A stretch of DNA of 64,000 nt from Eledone cirrhosa (taxonomy: Eukaryota). A model generated the notes under the pieces. That model ran no database searches. It was not told where the DNA came from and saw nothing but the letters and a program-made list of their open reading frames with translations. Location of the stretch: contig OZ024740.1 in NCBI GenBank assembly GCA_964016885.1, positions 251,782,001 through 251,846,000 on the forward strand, given 5' to 3'. This document shows positions 51,101 through 63,100 of this stretch, piece after piece (position 1 is the stretch's first letter; each line of letters starts with the position of its first letter). Made by a program: the position numbers and the translations under genes.

Positions 51101-54100
51101 TTGGACGCTGGAAATTATAGCCCCTTGGAGGGCTGGAAATTATCTTCCCTTGGACGGCTGGAAATTATCTTCCCTTGGACGGCTGGAAATTATCTCCCCT
51201 TGATTTTTTTTACAAATTATCTCCCCCTGATTTTTTTTTACAAATTATCTCCCCCTGATTTTTTTTACAAATTATCTCCCCCTGATTTTTTTTACAATCT
51301 CCGCCTGATTTTTTAAAAAATTATCTTCCCTTGGCTGGCGGGAAATTATCTCCCCTTGGACGGCTGGAAATTATCTCCCCTTGGACGGCTAGAAATTATC
51401 TCTCTTTGGACGGCTGGAAATTATCTCCCCTTGATTTTTTTTACAAATTATCTCCCCCTGATTTTTTTTACAAATTATCCCTGCATGATTTTTAAAAAAA
51501 AAATTATCTCCCCTTCGCTGGCTGGAAATTATCTCCCCTTGGACGCTGGAAATTATAGCCCCTTGGAGGGCTGGAAATTATCTTCCCTTGGACGGCTGGA
51601 AATTATCTCCCCTTAATTTTTTTTACAAATTATCTCCCCCTGATTTTTTTTTACAAATTATCTCCCCCTGATTTTTTTTTACAAATTATCTCCCCCTGAT
51701 TTTTTTTTTTACAAATTATCTCCGCCTGATTTTTAAAAAAAAATTATCTCCCCTTGGACGGCTGGAAATTATCTCCCCTTGGACGGCTGGAAATTATCTC
51801 CCCTTGGACGGCTAGAAATTACCTCTCCTTGGACGGCTGAAAATTATCTCCCCTTGGACGGCTGCAAATTATCTCCCCTTGATTTTTTTTACAAATTATC
51901 TCCCCCTGATTTTTTTTACAAATTATCTCCCCCTGATTTTTTTTACAAATTATCTCCCCCTGATTTTTTTTTACAAATTATCTCCCCCTGATTTTTTTTT
52001 ACAAATTATCTCCCCCTGATTTTTTTTACAAATTATCTCCCCCTGATTTTTTTTACAAATTATCTCCCCCTGATTTTTTTTTACAAATTATCTCCCCTTG
52101 ATTTTTTTTTACAAATTATCTGCCCCTGATTTTTTTTTTACAAATTATCTCCCCCTGATTTTTTTACAAATTATCTCCCCCTGATTTTTTTTACAAATTA
52201 TCTCCCCCTGATTTTTTTTACAAATTATATCCCCTTGATTTTTTTTACAAATTATCTCCCCTTGATTTTTTTTTACAAATTATCTCCCCCTGATTTTTTT
52301 TTTACAAATTATCTCCCCCTGATTTTTTTAAAAATTATCTTCCCTTGGCTGGCGGGAAATTATCTCCCCTTGGACGGCTGGAAATTATCTCCCCTTGGAA
52401 GGATGTAAATTATCTCCCCTTGGACGGCTGGAAATTATCTCCCCTTGCACGGCTGGAAATTATCTCCCCTTGATTTTTTTTACAAATTATCTCCCCCTGA
52501 TTTTTTTTTACAAATTATCTCCCCCTGATTTTTTTTTACAAATTATCTCCCCCTGATTTTTTTTACAAATTATCTCCCCCTGATTTTTAAAAAAAAAATT
52601 ATCTCCCCTTCGCTGGCTGGAAATTATCTCCCCTTGGACGCTGGAAATTATAGCCCCTTGGAGGGCTGGAAATTATCTTCCCTTGGACGGCTGGAAATTA
52701 TCTTCCCTTGGACGGCTGGAAATTATCTCCCCTTGATTTTTTTTACAAATTATCTCCCCCTGATTTTTTTTTACAAATTATCTCCCCCTGATTTTTTTTA
52801 CAAATTATCTACCCCTGATTTTTTTTACAAATTATCTCCCCCTGATTTTTTTTTACAAATTATCTCCCTCTGATTTTTTTTTACAAATTATCTCCCCCTG
52901 ATTTTTTTTTTACAAATTATCTCCCCCTGATTTTTTTACAAATTATCTCCCCCTGATTTTTTTTACAATCTCCGCCTGATTTTTTAAAAAATTATCTCCC
53001 CTTCGCTGGCTGGAAATTATCTCCCCTTGGACGCTGGAAATTATAGCCCCTTGGAGGGCTGGAAATTATCTTCCCTTGGACGGCTGGAAATTATCTCCCC
53101 TTGATTTTTTTTACAAATTATCTCCCCCTGATTTTTTTTTACAAATTATCTCCCCCTGATTTTTTTTTACAAATTATCTCCCCCTGATTTTTTTTTTTAC
53201 AAATTATCTCCGCCTGATTTAAAAAAAAAAATTATCTCCCCTTGGACGGCTGGAAATTATCTCCCCTTGGACGGCTGGAAATTATCTCCCCTTGGACGGC
53301 TAGAAATTACCTCTCCTTGGACGGCTGAAAATTATCTCCCCTTGGACGGCTGCAAATTATCTCCCCTTGATTTTTTTTACAAATTATCTCCCCCTGATTT
53401 TTTTTACAAATTATCTCCTCCTGATTTTTTTTTACAAATTATCTCCCCCTGATTTTTTTTTACAAATTATCTCCCCCTGATTTTTTTTACAAATTATCTC
53501 CCCCTGATTTTTTTTACAAATTATCTCCCCCTGATTTTTTTTTACAAATTATCTCCCCTTGATTTTTTTTTACAAATTATCTCCCCCTGATTTTTTTTTT
53601 ACAAATTATCTCCCCCTGATTTTTTTACAAATTATCTCCCCCTGATTTTTTTTACAAATTATCTCCCCCTGATTTTTTTTACAAATTATCTCCCCTTGAT
53701 TTTTTTTTACAAATTATCTCCCCCTGATTTTTTTTTTACAAATTATCTCCCCCTGATTTTTTTAAAAATTATCTTCCCTTGGCTGGCGGGAAATTATCTC
53801 CCCTTGGACGGCTGGAAATTATCTCCCCTTGGAAGGATGTAAATTATCTCCCCTTGGACGGCTGGAAATTATCTCCCCTTGCACGGCTGGAAATTATCTC
53901 CCCTTGATTTTTTTTACAAATTATCTCCCCCTGATTTTTTTTTACAAATTATCTCCCCCTGATTTTTTTTTACAAATTATCTCCCCCTGATTCTTTTTAC
54001 AAATTATCTCCCCCTGATTTAAAAAAAAAAAATTATCTCCCCTTCGCTGGCTGGAAATTATCTCCCCTTGGACGCTGGAAATTATAGCCCCTTGGAGGGC

Positions 54101-57100
54101 TGGAAATTATCTTCCCTTGGACGGCTGGAAATTATCTTCCCTTGGACGGCTGGAAATTATCTCCCCTTGATTTTTTTTACAAATTATCTCCCCCTGATTT
54201 TTTTTTACAAATTATCTCCCCCTGATTTTTTTTTACAAATTATCTCCCCCTGATTTTTTTTTTACAAATTATCTCCGCTTGATTTTTTAAAAAAAATTAT
54301 CTCCCCTTGGACGGCTGGAAATTATCTCCCCTTGGACGGCTGGAAATTATCTCCCCTTGGACGGCTAGAAATTATCTCTCCTTGGACGGCTGAAAATTAT
54401 CTCCCCTTGGACGGCTGCAAATTATCTCCCCTTTATTTTTTTTACAAATTATCTCCCCCTGATTTTTTTTTACAAATTATCTCCCCCTGATTTTTTTTTA
54501 CAAATTATCTCCCCTTGATTTTTTTTTACAAATTATCTCCCCCTGATTTTTTTTTTACAAATTATCTCCCCCTGATTTTTTTACAAATTATCTCCCCCTG
54601 ATTTTTTTTACAAATTATCTCCCCCTGATTTTTTTTACAAATTATCTCCCCTTGATTTTTTTTTACAAATTATCTCCCCCTGATTTTTTTTTTACAAATT
54701 ATCTCCCCCTGATTTTTTTAAAAATTATCTTCCCTTGGCTGGCGGGAAATTATCTCCCCTTGGACGGCTGGAAATTATCTCCCCTTGGAAGGATGTAAAT
54801 TATCTCCCCTTGGACGGCTGGAAATTATCTCCCCTTGCACGGCTGGAAATTATCTCCCCTTGATTTTTTTTACAAATTATCTCCCCCTGATTTTTTTTTA
54901 CAAATTATCTCCCCCTGATTTTTTTTTACAAATTATCTCCCCCTGATTTTTTTTACAAATTATCTCCCCCTGATTTTTAAAAAAAAAATTATCTCCCCTT
55001 CGCTGGCTGGAAATTATCTCCCCTTGGACGCTGGAAATTATAGCCCCTTGGAGGGCTGGAAATTATCTTCCCTTGGACGGCTGGAAATTATCTTCCCTTG
55101 GACGGCTGGAAATTATCTCCCCTTGATTTTTTTTACAAATTATCTCCCCCTGATTTTTTTTTACAAATTATCTCCCCCTGATTTTTTTTTACAAATTATC
55201 TCCCCCTGATTTTTTTTTTACAAATTATCTCCGCTTGATTTTTTAAAAAAAATTATCTCCCCTTGGACGGCTGGAAATTATCTCCCCTTGGACGGCTGGA
55301 AATTATCTCCCCTTGGACGGCTAGAAATTATCTCTCCTTGGACGGCTGAAAATTATCTCCCCTTGGACGGCTGCAAATTATCTCCCCTTTATTTTTTTTA
55401 CAAATTATCTCCCCCTGATTTTTTTTTACAAATTATCTCCCCCTCATTTTTTTACAAATTATCTACCCCTGATTTTTTTTACAAATTATCTCCCCCTGAT
55501 TTTTTTTTACAAATTATCTCCCTCTGATTTTTTTTACAAATTATCTCCCCCTGATTTTTTTTTTACAAATTATCTCCCCCTGATTTTTTTAAAAATTATC
55601 TCCCCCTGATTTTTTTACAATCTCCGCCTGATTTTTTTAAAAATTATCTTCCCTTGGCTGGCGGGAAATTATCTCCCCTTGGACGGCTGGAAATTATCTC
55701 CCCTTGGAAGGATGGAAATTATCTCCCCTTGGACGGCTGGATATTATCTCCCCTTGCACGGCTGGAAATTATCTCCCCTTGGCTGGAAATTATCTCCCCT
55801 TGGACGGCTAGAAATTATCTCTCTTTGGACGGCTGGAAATTATCTCCGTTTGATTTTTTTTACAAATTATCTCCCTCTGATATTTTTTACAAATCTCCCC
55901 CTGATTTTTTAAAAAAAATTATCTCCCCTTCGCTGGCTGGAAATTATCTCCCCTTGGACACTGGAAATTATAGCCCCTTGGAGGGCTGGAAATTATCTTC
56001 CCTTGGACGGCTGGAAATTATCTCCCCTTGATTTTTTTTACAAATTATCTCCGCCTGATTTTTTTTAAAAATTATCTCTCCTTGGACGGCTGGAAATTAT
56101 CTCCCCTTGATTTTTTTTACAAATTATCTCCCCCTGATTTTTTTTACAAATTATCTCCCCCTGATTTTTTTTTACAAATTATCTACCACTGATTTTTTTT
56201 ACAAATTATCTCCCCCTGATTTTTTTTACAAATTATCTCCCCCTGATTTTTCTTTTACAAATTATCTCCCCCTGATTTTTTTACAAATTATCTCCCCCTG
56301 ATTTTTTTTACAAATTATCTCCGCCTGATTTTTTTAAATATTATCTTCCCTTGGCTGGCGGGAAATTATCTCCCCTTGGACGGCTGGAAATTATCTGCCC
56401 TTGATTTTGTTTTTACAAATTATCTTCCACTGATTTTTTTTACAAATTATCTCCACCTGATTTTTTTAAAAATTATCTCCCCTTGGAAGGCTGGAAATTA
56501 TCTCCCCTTGGACGGCTAGAAATTATCTCTCTTTGGACGGCTGGAAATTATCTCCCCTTGATTTTTTTTACAAATTATCTCCCCCTGATTTTTTTTACAA
56601 ATATCCCAGTGATTTTTTTTAAAAAATTATCTCCCCTTCGCTGGCTGGAAATTATCTCCCCTTGGACGCTGGAAATTATAGCCCCTTGGAGGGCTGGAAA
56701 TTATCTTCCCTTGGACGGCTGGAAATTATCTCCCCTTGATTTTTTTTACAAATTATCTCCCCCTGATTTTTTTTTACAAATTATCTCCCCCTGATTTTTT
56801 TTTACAAATTATCTCCCCCTGATTTTTTTTACAACTTATCTCCGCCTGATTTTTTTTAAAAAATCATCTCCCCTTGGACGGCTGGAAATTATCTCCCCTT
56901 GGACGGCTGGAAATTATCTCTCCTTGGACGGCTAGAAATTACCTCTCCTTGGACAATTGAAAATTATCTCCCCTTGGACGGCTGGAAATTATCTCCCCTT
57001 GATTTTTTTTACAAATTATCTCCCCCTGATTTTTTTTACAAATTATCTCCCCTGATTTTTTTTTACAAATTATCTCCCCCTGATGTTTTTTTACAAATTA

Positions 57101-60100
57101 TCTCCCCCTGATTTTTTTTACAAATTATCTCCCCCTGATTTTTTTACAAATTATCTCCCCTTGGCTGGCTGGAAATTATCTCCCCTTGGAGGCAGGAATT
57201 TATCTCCCCTTGGACGGCTAGAAATTACCTCTCCTTGGACGGCTGGAAAATATGTCTCCTTGGACGGCTGGAAATTATCTCCCCTTGGACGGCTGGAAAT
57301 TATCTCCCCTTGGACGGCTGGAAATTATCTCCCCTTGGACGGCTAGAAATTACCTCTCCTTGGACGGCTGAAAATTATCTCCCCTTGGACGGCTGGAAAT
57401 TATCTCCCCTTGATTTTTTTACAAATTATCTCCCCCTGATTTTTTTTTACAAATTATCTCCCCCTGATTTTTTTTACAAATTATCTCCCCCTGATTTTAT
57501 TTACAAATTATCTCCCCCTGATTTTTTTTACAAATTATCTCCGCCTGATTTTTTTAAATATTATCTCTCCTTGGCTGGCGGGAAATTATCTCCCCTTGGA
57601 CGGCTGCAAATTATCTCCGCTTGATTTTTTTTACAAATTATCTCCCCCTGATTTTTTTTTACAAATTATCTCCCCCTGATTTTTTTTACAAATTATCTCC
57701 CCCTGATTTTTTTTACAAATTATCTCCCCCTGATTTTTTTTTACAAATTATCTCCCCTTGATTTTTTTTTACAAATTATCTCCCCCTGATTTTTTTTTTA
57801 CAAATTATCTCCCCCTGATTTTTTTACAAATTATCTCCCCCTGATTTTTTTTACAAATTATCTCCCCCTGATTTTTTTTACAAATTATCTCCCCTTGATT
57901 TTTTTTTACAAATTATCTCCCCCTGATTTTTTTTTTACAAATTATCTCCCCCTGATTTTTTTAAAAATTATCTTCCCTTGGCTGGCGGGAAATTATCTCC
58001 CCTTGGACGGCTGGAAATTATCTCCCCTTGGAAGGATGTAAATTATCTCCCCTTGGACGGCTGGAAATTATCTCCCCTTGCACGGCTGGAAATTATCTCC
58101 CCTTGATTTTTTTTACAAATTATCTCCCCCTGATTTTTTTTTACAAATTATCTCCCCCTGATTTTTTTTTACAAATTATCTCCCCCTGATTTTTTTTACA
58201 AATTATCTCCCCCTGATTTAAAAAAAAAAAATTATCTCCCCTTCGCTGGCTGGAAATTATCTCCCCTTGGACGCTGGAAATTATAGCCCCTTGGAGGGCT
58301 GGAAATTATCTTCCCTTGGACGGCTGGAAATTATCTTCCCTTGGACGGCTGGAAATTATCTCCCCTTGATTTTTTTTACAAATTATCTCCCCCTGATTTT
58401 TTTTTACAAATTATCTCCCCCTGATTTTTTTTACAAATTATCTCCCCCTGATTTTTTTTACAATCTCCGCCTGATTTTTTAAAAAATTATCTTCCCTTGG
58501 CTGGCGGGAAATTATCTCCCCTTGGACGGCTGGAAATTATCTCCCCTTGGACGGCTAGAAATTATCTCTCTTTGGACGGCTGGAAATTATCTCCCCTTGA
58601 TTTTTTTTACAAATTATCTCCCCCTGATTTTTTTTACAAATTATCCCTGCATGATTTTTAAAAAAAAAATTATCTCCCCTTCGCTGGCTGGAAATTATCT
58701 CCCCTTGGACGCTGGAAATTATAGCCCCTTGGAGGGCTGGAAATTATCTTCCCTTGGACGGCTGGAAATTATCTCCCCTTAATTTTTTTTACAAATTATC
58801 TCCCCCTGATTTTTTTTTACAAATTATCTCCCCCTGATTTTTTTTTACAAATTATCTCCCCCTGATTTTTTTTTTTACAAATTATCTCCGCCTGATTTTT
58901 AAAAAAAAATTATCTCCCCTTGGACGGCTGGAAATTATCTCCCCTTGGACGGCTGGAAATTATCTCCCCTTGGACGGCTAGAAATTACCTCTCCTTGGAC
59001 GGCTGAAAATTATCTCCCCTTGGACGGCTGCAAATTATCTCCCCTTGATTTTTTTTACAAATTATCTCCCCCTGATTTTTTTTACAAATTATCTCCCCCT
59101 GATTTTTTTTACAAATTATCTCCCCCTGATTTTTTTTTACAAATTATCTCCCCCTGATTTTTTTTTACAAATTATCTCCCCCTGATTTTTTTTACAAATT
59201 ATCTCCCCCTGATTTTTTTTACAAATTATCTCCCCCTGATTTTTTTTTACAAATTATCTCCCCTTGATTTTTTTTTACAAATTATCTGCCCCTGATTTTT
59301 TTTTTACAAATTATCTCCCCCTGATTTTTTTACAAATTATCTCCCCCTGATTTTTTTTACAAATTATCTCCCCCTGATTTTTTTTACAAATTATATCCCC
59401 TTGATTTTTTTTACAAATTATCTCCCCTTGATTTTTTTTTACAAATTATCTCCCCCTGATTTTTTTTTTACAAATTATCTCCCCCTGATTTTTTTAAAAA
59501 TTATCTTCCCTTGGCTGGCGGGAAATTATCTCCCCTTGGACGGCTGGAAATTATCTCCCCTTGGAAGGATGTAAATTATCTCCCCTTGGACGGCTGGAAA
59601 TTATCTCCCCTTGCACGGCTGGAAATTATCTCCCCTTGATTTTTTTTACAAATTATCTCCCCCTGATTTTTTTTTACAAATTATCTCCCCCTGATTTTTT
59701 TTTACAAATTATCTCCCCCTGATTTTTTTTACAAATTATCTCCCCCTGATTTTTAAAAAAAAAATTATCTCCCCTTCGCTGGCTGGAAATTATCTCCCCT
59801 TGGACGCTGGAAATTATAGCCCCTTGGAGGGCTGGAAATTATCTTCCCTTGGACGGCTGGAAATTATCTTCCCTTGGACGGCTGGAAATTATCTCCCCTT
59901 GATTTTTTTTACAAATTATCTCCCCCTGATTTTTTTTTACAAATTATCTCCCCCTGATTTTTTTTACAAATTATCTACCCCTGATTTTTTTTACAAATTA
60001 TCTCCCCCTGATTTTTTTTTACAAATTATCTCCCTCTGATTTTTTTTTACAAATTATCTCCCCCTGATTTTTTTTTTACAAATTATCTCCCCCTGATTTT

Positions 60101-63100
60101 TTTACAAATTATCTCCCCCTGATTTTTTTTACAATCTCCGCCTGATTTTTTAAAAAATTATCTCCCCTTCGCTGGCTGGAAATTATCTCCCCTTGGACGC
60201 TGGAAATTATAGCCCCTTGGAGGGCTGGAAATTATCTTCCCTTGGACGGCTGGAAATTATCTCCCCTTGATTTTTTTTACAAATTATCTCCCCCTGATTT
60301 TTTTTTACAAATTATCTCCCCCTGATTTTTTTTTACAAATTATCTCCCCCTGATTTTTTTTTTTACAAATTATCTCCGCCTGATTTAAAAAAAAAAATTA
60401 TCTCCCCTTGGACGGCTGGAAATTATCTCCCCTTGGACGGCTGGAAATTATCTCCCCTTGGACGGCTAGAAATTACCTCTCCTTGGACGGCTGAAAATTA
60501 TCTCCCCTTGGACGGCTGCAAATTATCTCCCCTTGATTTTTTTTACAAATTATCTCCCCCTGATTTTTTTTACAAATTATCTCCTCCTGATTTTTTTTTA
60601 CAAATTATCTCCCCCTGATTTTTTTTTACAAATTATCTCCCCCTGATTTTTTTTACAAATTATCTCCCCCTGATTTTTTTTACAAATTATCTCCCCCTGA
60701 TTTTTTTTTACAAATTATCTCCCCTTGATTTTTTTTTACAAATTATCTCCCCCTGATTTTTTTTTTACAAATTATCTCCCCCTGATTTTTTTACAAATTA
60801 TCTCCCCCTGATTTTTTTTACAAATTATCTCCCCCTGATTTTTTTTACAAATTATCTCCCCTTGATTTTTTTTTACAAATTATCTCCCCCTGATTTTTTT
60901 TTTACAAATTATCTCCCCCTGATTTTTTTAAAAATTATCTTCCCTTGGCTGGCGGGAAATTATCTCCCCTTGGACGGCTGGAAATTATCTCCCCTTGGAA
61001 GGATGTAAATTATCTCCCCTTGGACGGCTGGAAATTATCTCCCCTTGCACGGCTGGAAATTATCTCCCCTTGATTTTTTTTACAAATTATCTCCCCCTGA
61101 TTTTTTTTTACAAATTATCTCCCCCTGATTTTTTTTTACAAATTATCTCCCCCTGATTCTTTTTACAAATTATCTCCCCCTGATTTAAAAAAAAAAAATT
61201 ATCTCCCCTTCGCTGGCTGGAAATTATCTCCCCTTGGACGCTGGAAATTATAGCCCCTTGGAGGGCTGGAAATTATCTTCCCTTGGACGGCTGGAAATTA
61301 TCTTCCCTTGGACGGCTGGAAATTATCTCCCCTTGATTTTTTTTACAAATTATCTCCCCCTGATTTTTTTTTACAAATTATCTCCCCCTGATTTTTTTTT
61401 ACAAATTATCTCCCCCTGATTTTTTTTTTACAAATTATCTCCGCTTGATTTTTTAAAAAAAATTATCTCCCCTTGGACGGCTGGAAATTATCTCCCCTTG
61501 GACGGCTGGAAATTATCTCCCCTTGGACGGCTAGAAATTATCTCTCCTTGGACGGCTGAAAATTATCTCCCCTTGGACGGCTGCAAATTATCTCCCCTTT
61601 ATTTTTTTTACAAATTATCTCCCCCTGATTTTTTTTTACAAATTATCTCCCCCTGATTTTTTTTTACAAATTATCTCCCCTTGATTTTTTTTTACAAATT
61701 ATCTCCCCCTGATTTTTTTTTTACAAATTATCTCCCCCTGATTTTTTTACAAATTATCTCCCCCTGATTTTTTTTACAAATTATCTCCCCCTGATTTTTT
61801 TTACAAATTATCTCCCCTTGATTTTTTTTTACAAATTATCTCCCCCTGATTTTTTTTTTACAAATTATCTCCCCCTGATTTTTTTAAAAATTATCTTCCC
61901 TTGGCTGGCGGGAAATTATCTCCCCTTGGACGGCTGGAAATTATCTCCCCTTGGAAGGATGTAAATTATCTCCCCTTGGACGGCTGGAAATTATCTCCCC
62001 TTGCACGGCTGGAAATTATCTCCCCTTGATTTTTTTTACAAATTATCTCCCCCTGATTTTTTTTTACAAATTATCTCCCCCTGATTTTTTTTTACAAATT
62101 ATCTCCCCCTGATTTTTTTTACAAATTATCTCCCCCTGATTTTTAAAAAAAAAATTATCTCCCCTTCGCTGGCTGGAAATTATCTCCCCTTGGACGCTGG
62201 AAATTATAGCCCCTTGGAGGGCTGGAAATTATCTTCCCTTGGACGGCTGGAAATTATCTTCCCTTGGACGGCTGGAAATTATCTCCCCTTGATTTTTTTT
62301 ACAAATTATCTCCCCCTGATTTTTTTTTACAAATTATCTCCCCCTGATTTTTTTTTACAAATTATCTCCCCCTGATTTTTTTTTTACAAATTATCTCCGC
62401 TTGATTTTTTAAAAAAAATTATCTCCCCTTGGACGGCTGGAAATTATCTCCCCTTGGACGGCTGGAAATTATCTCCCCTTGGACGGCTAGAAATTATCTC
62501 TCCTTGGACGGCTGAAAATTATCTCCCCTTGGACGGCTGCAAATTATCTCCCCTTTATTTTTTTTACAAATTATCTCCCCCTGATTTTTTTTTACAAATT
62601 ATCTCCCCCTCATTTTTTTACAAATTATCTACCCCTGATTTTTTTTACAAATTATCTCCCCCTGATTTTTTTTTACAAATTATCTCCCTCTGATTTTTTT
62701 TACAAATTATCTCCCCCTGATTTTTTTTTTACAAATTATCTCCCCCTGATTTTTTTAAAAATTATCTCCCCCTGATTTTTTTACAATCTCCGCCTGATTT
62801 TTTTAAAAATTATCTTCCCTTGGCTGGCGGGAAATTATCTCCCCTTGGACGGCTGGAAATTATCTCCCCTTGGAAGGATGGAAATTATCTCCCCTTGGAC
62901 GGCTGGATATTATCTCCCCTTGCACGGCTGGAAATTATCTCCCCTTGGCTGGAAATTATCTCCCCTTGGACGGCTAGAAATTATCTCTCTTTGGACGGCT
63001 GGAAATTATCTCCGTTTGATTTTTTTTACAAATTATCTCCCTCTGATATTTTTTACAAATCTCCCCCTGATTTTTTAAAAAAAATTATCTCCCCTTCGCT

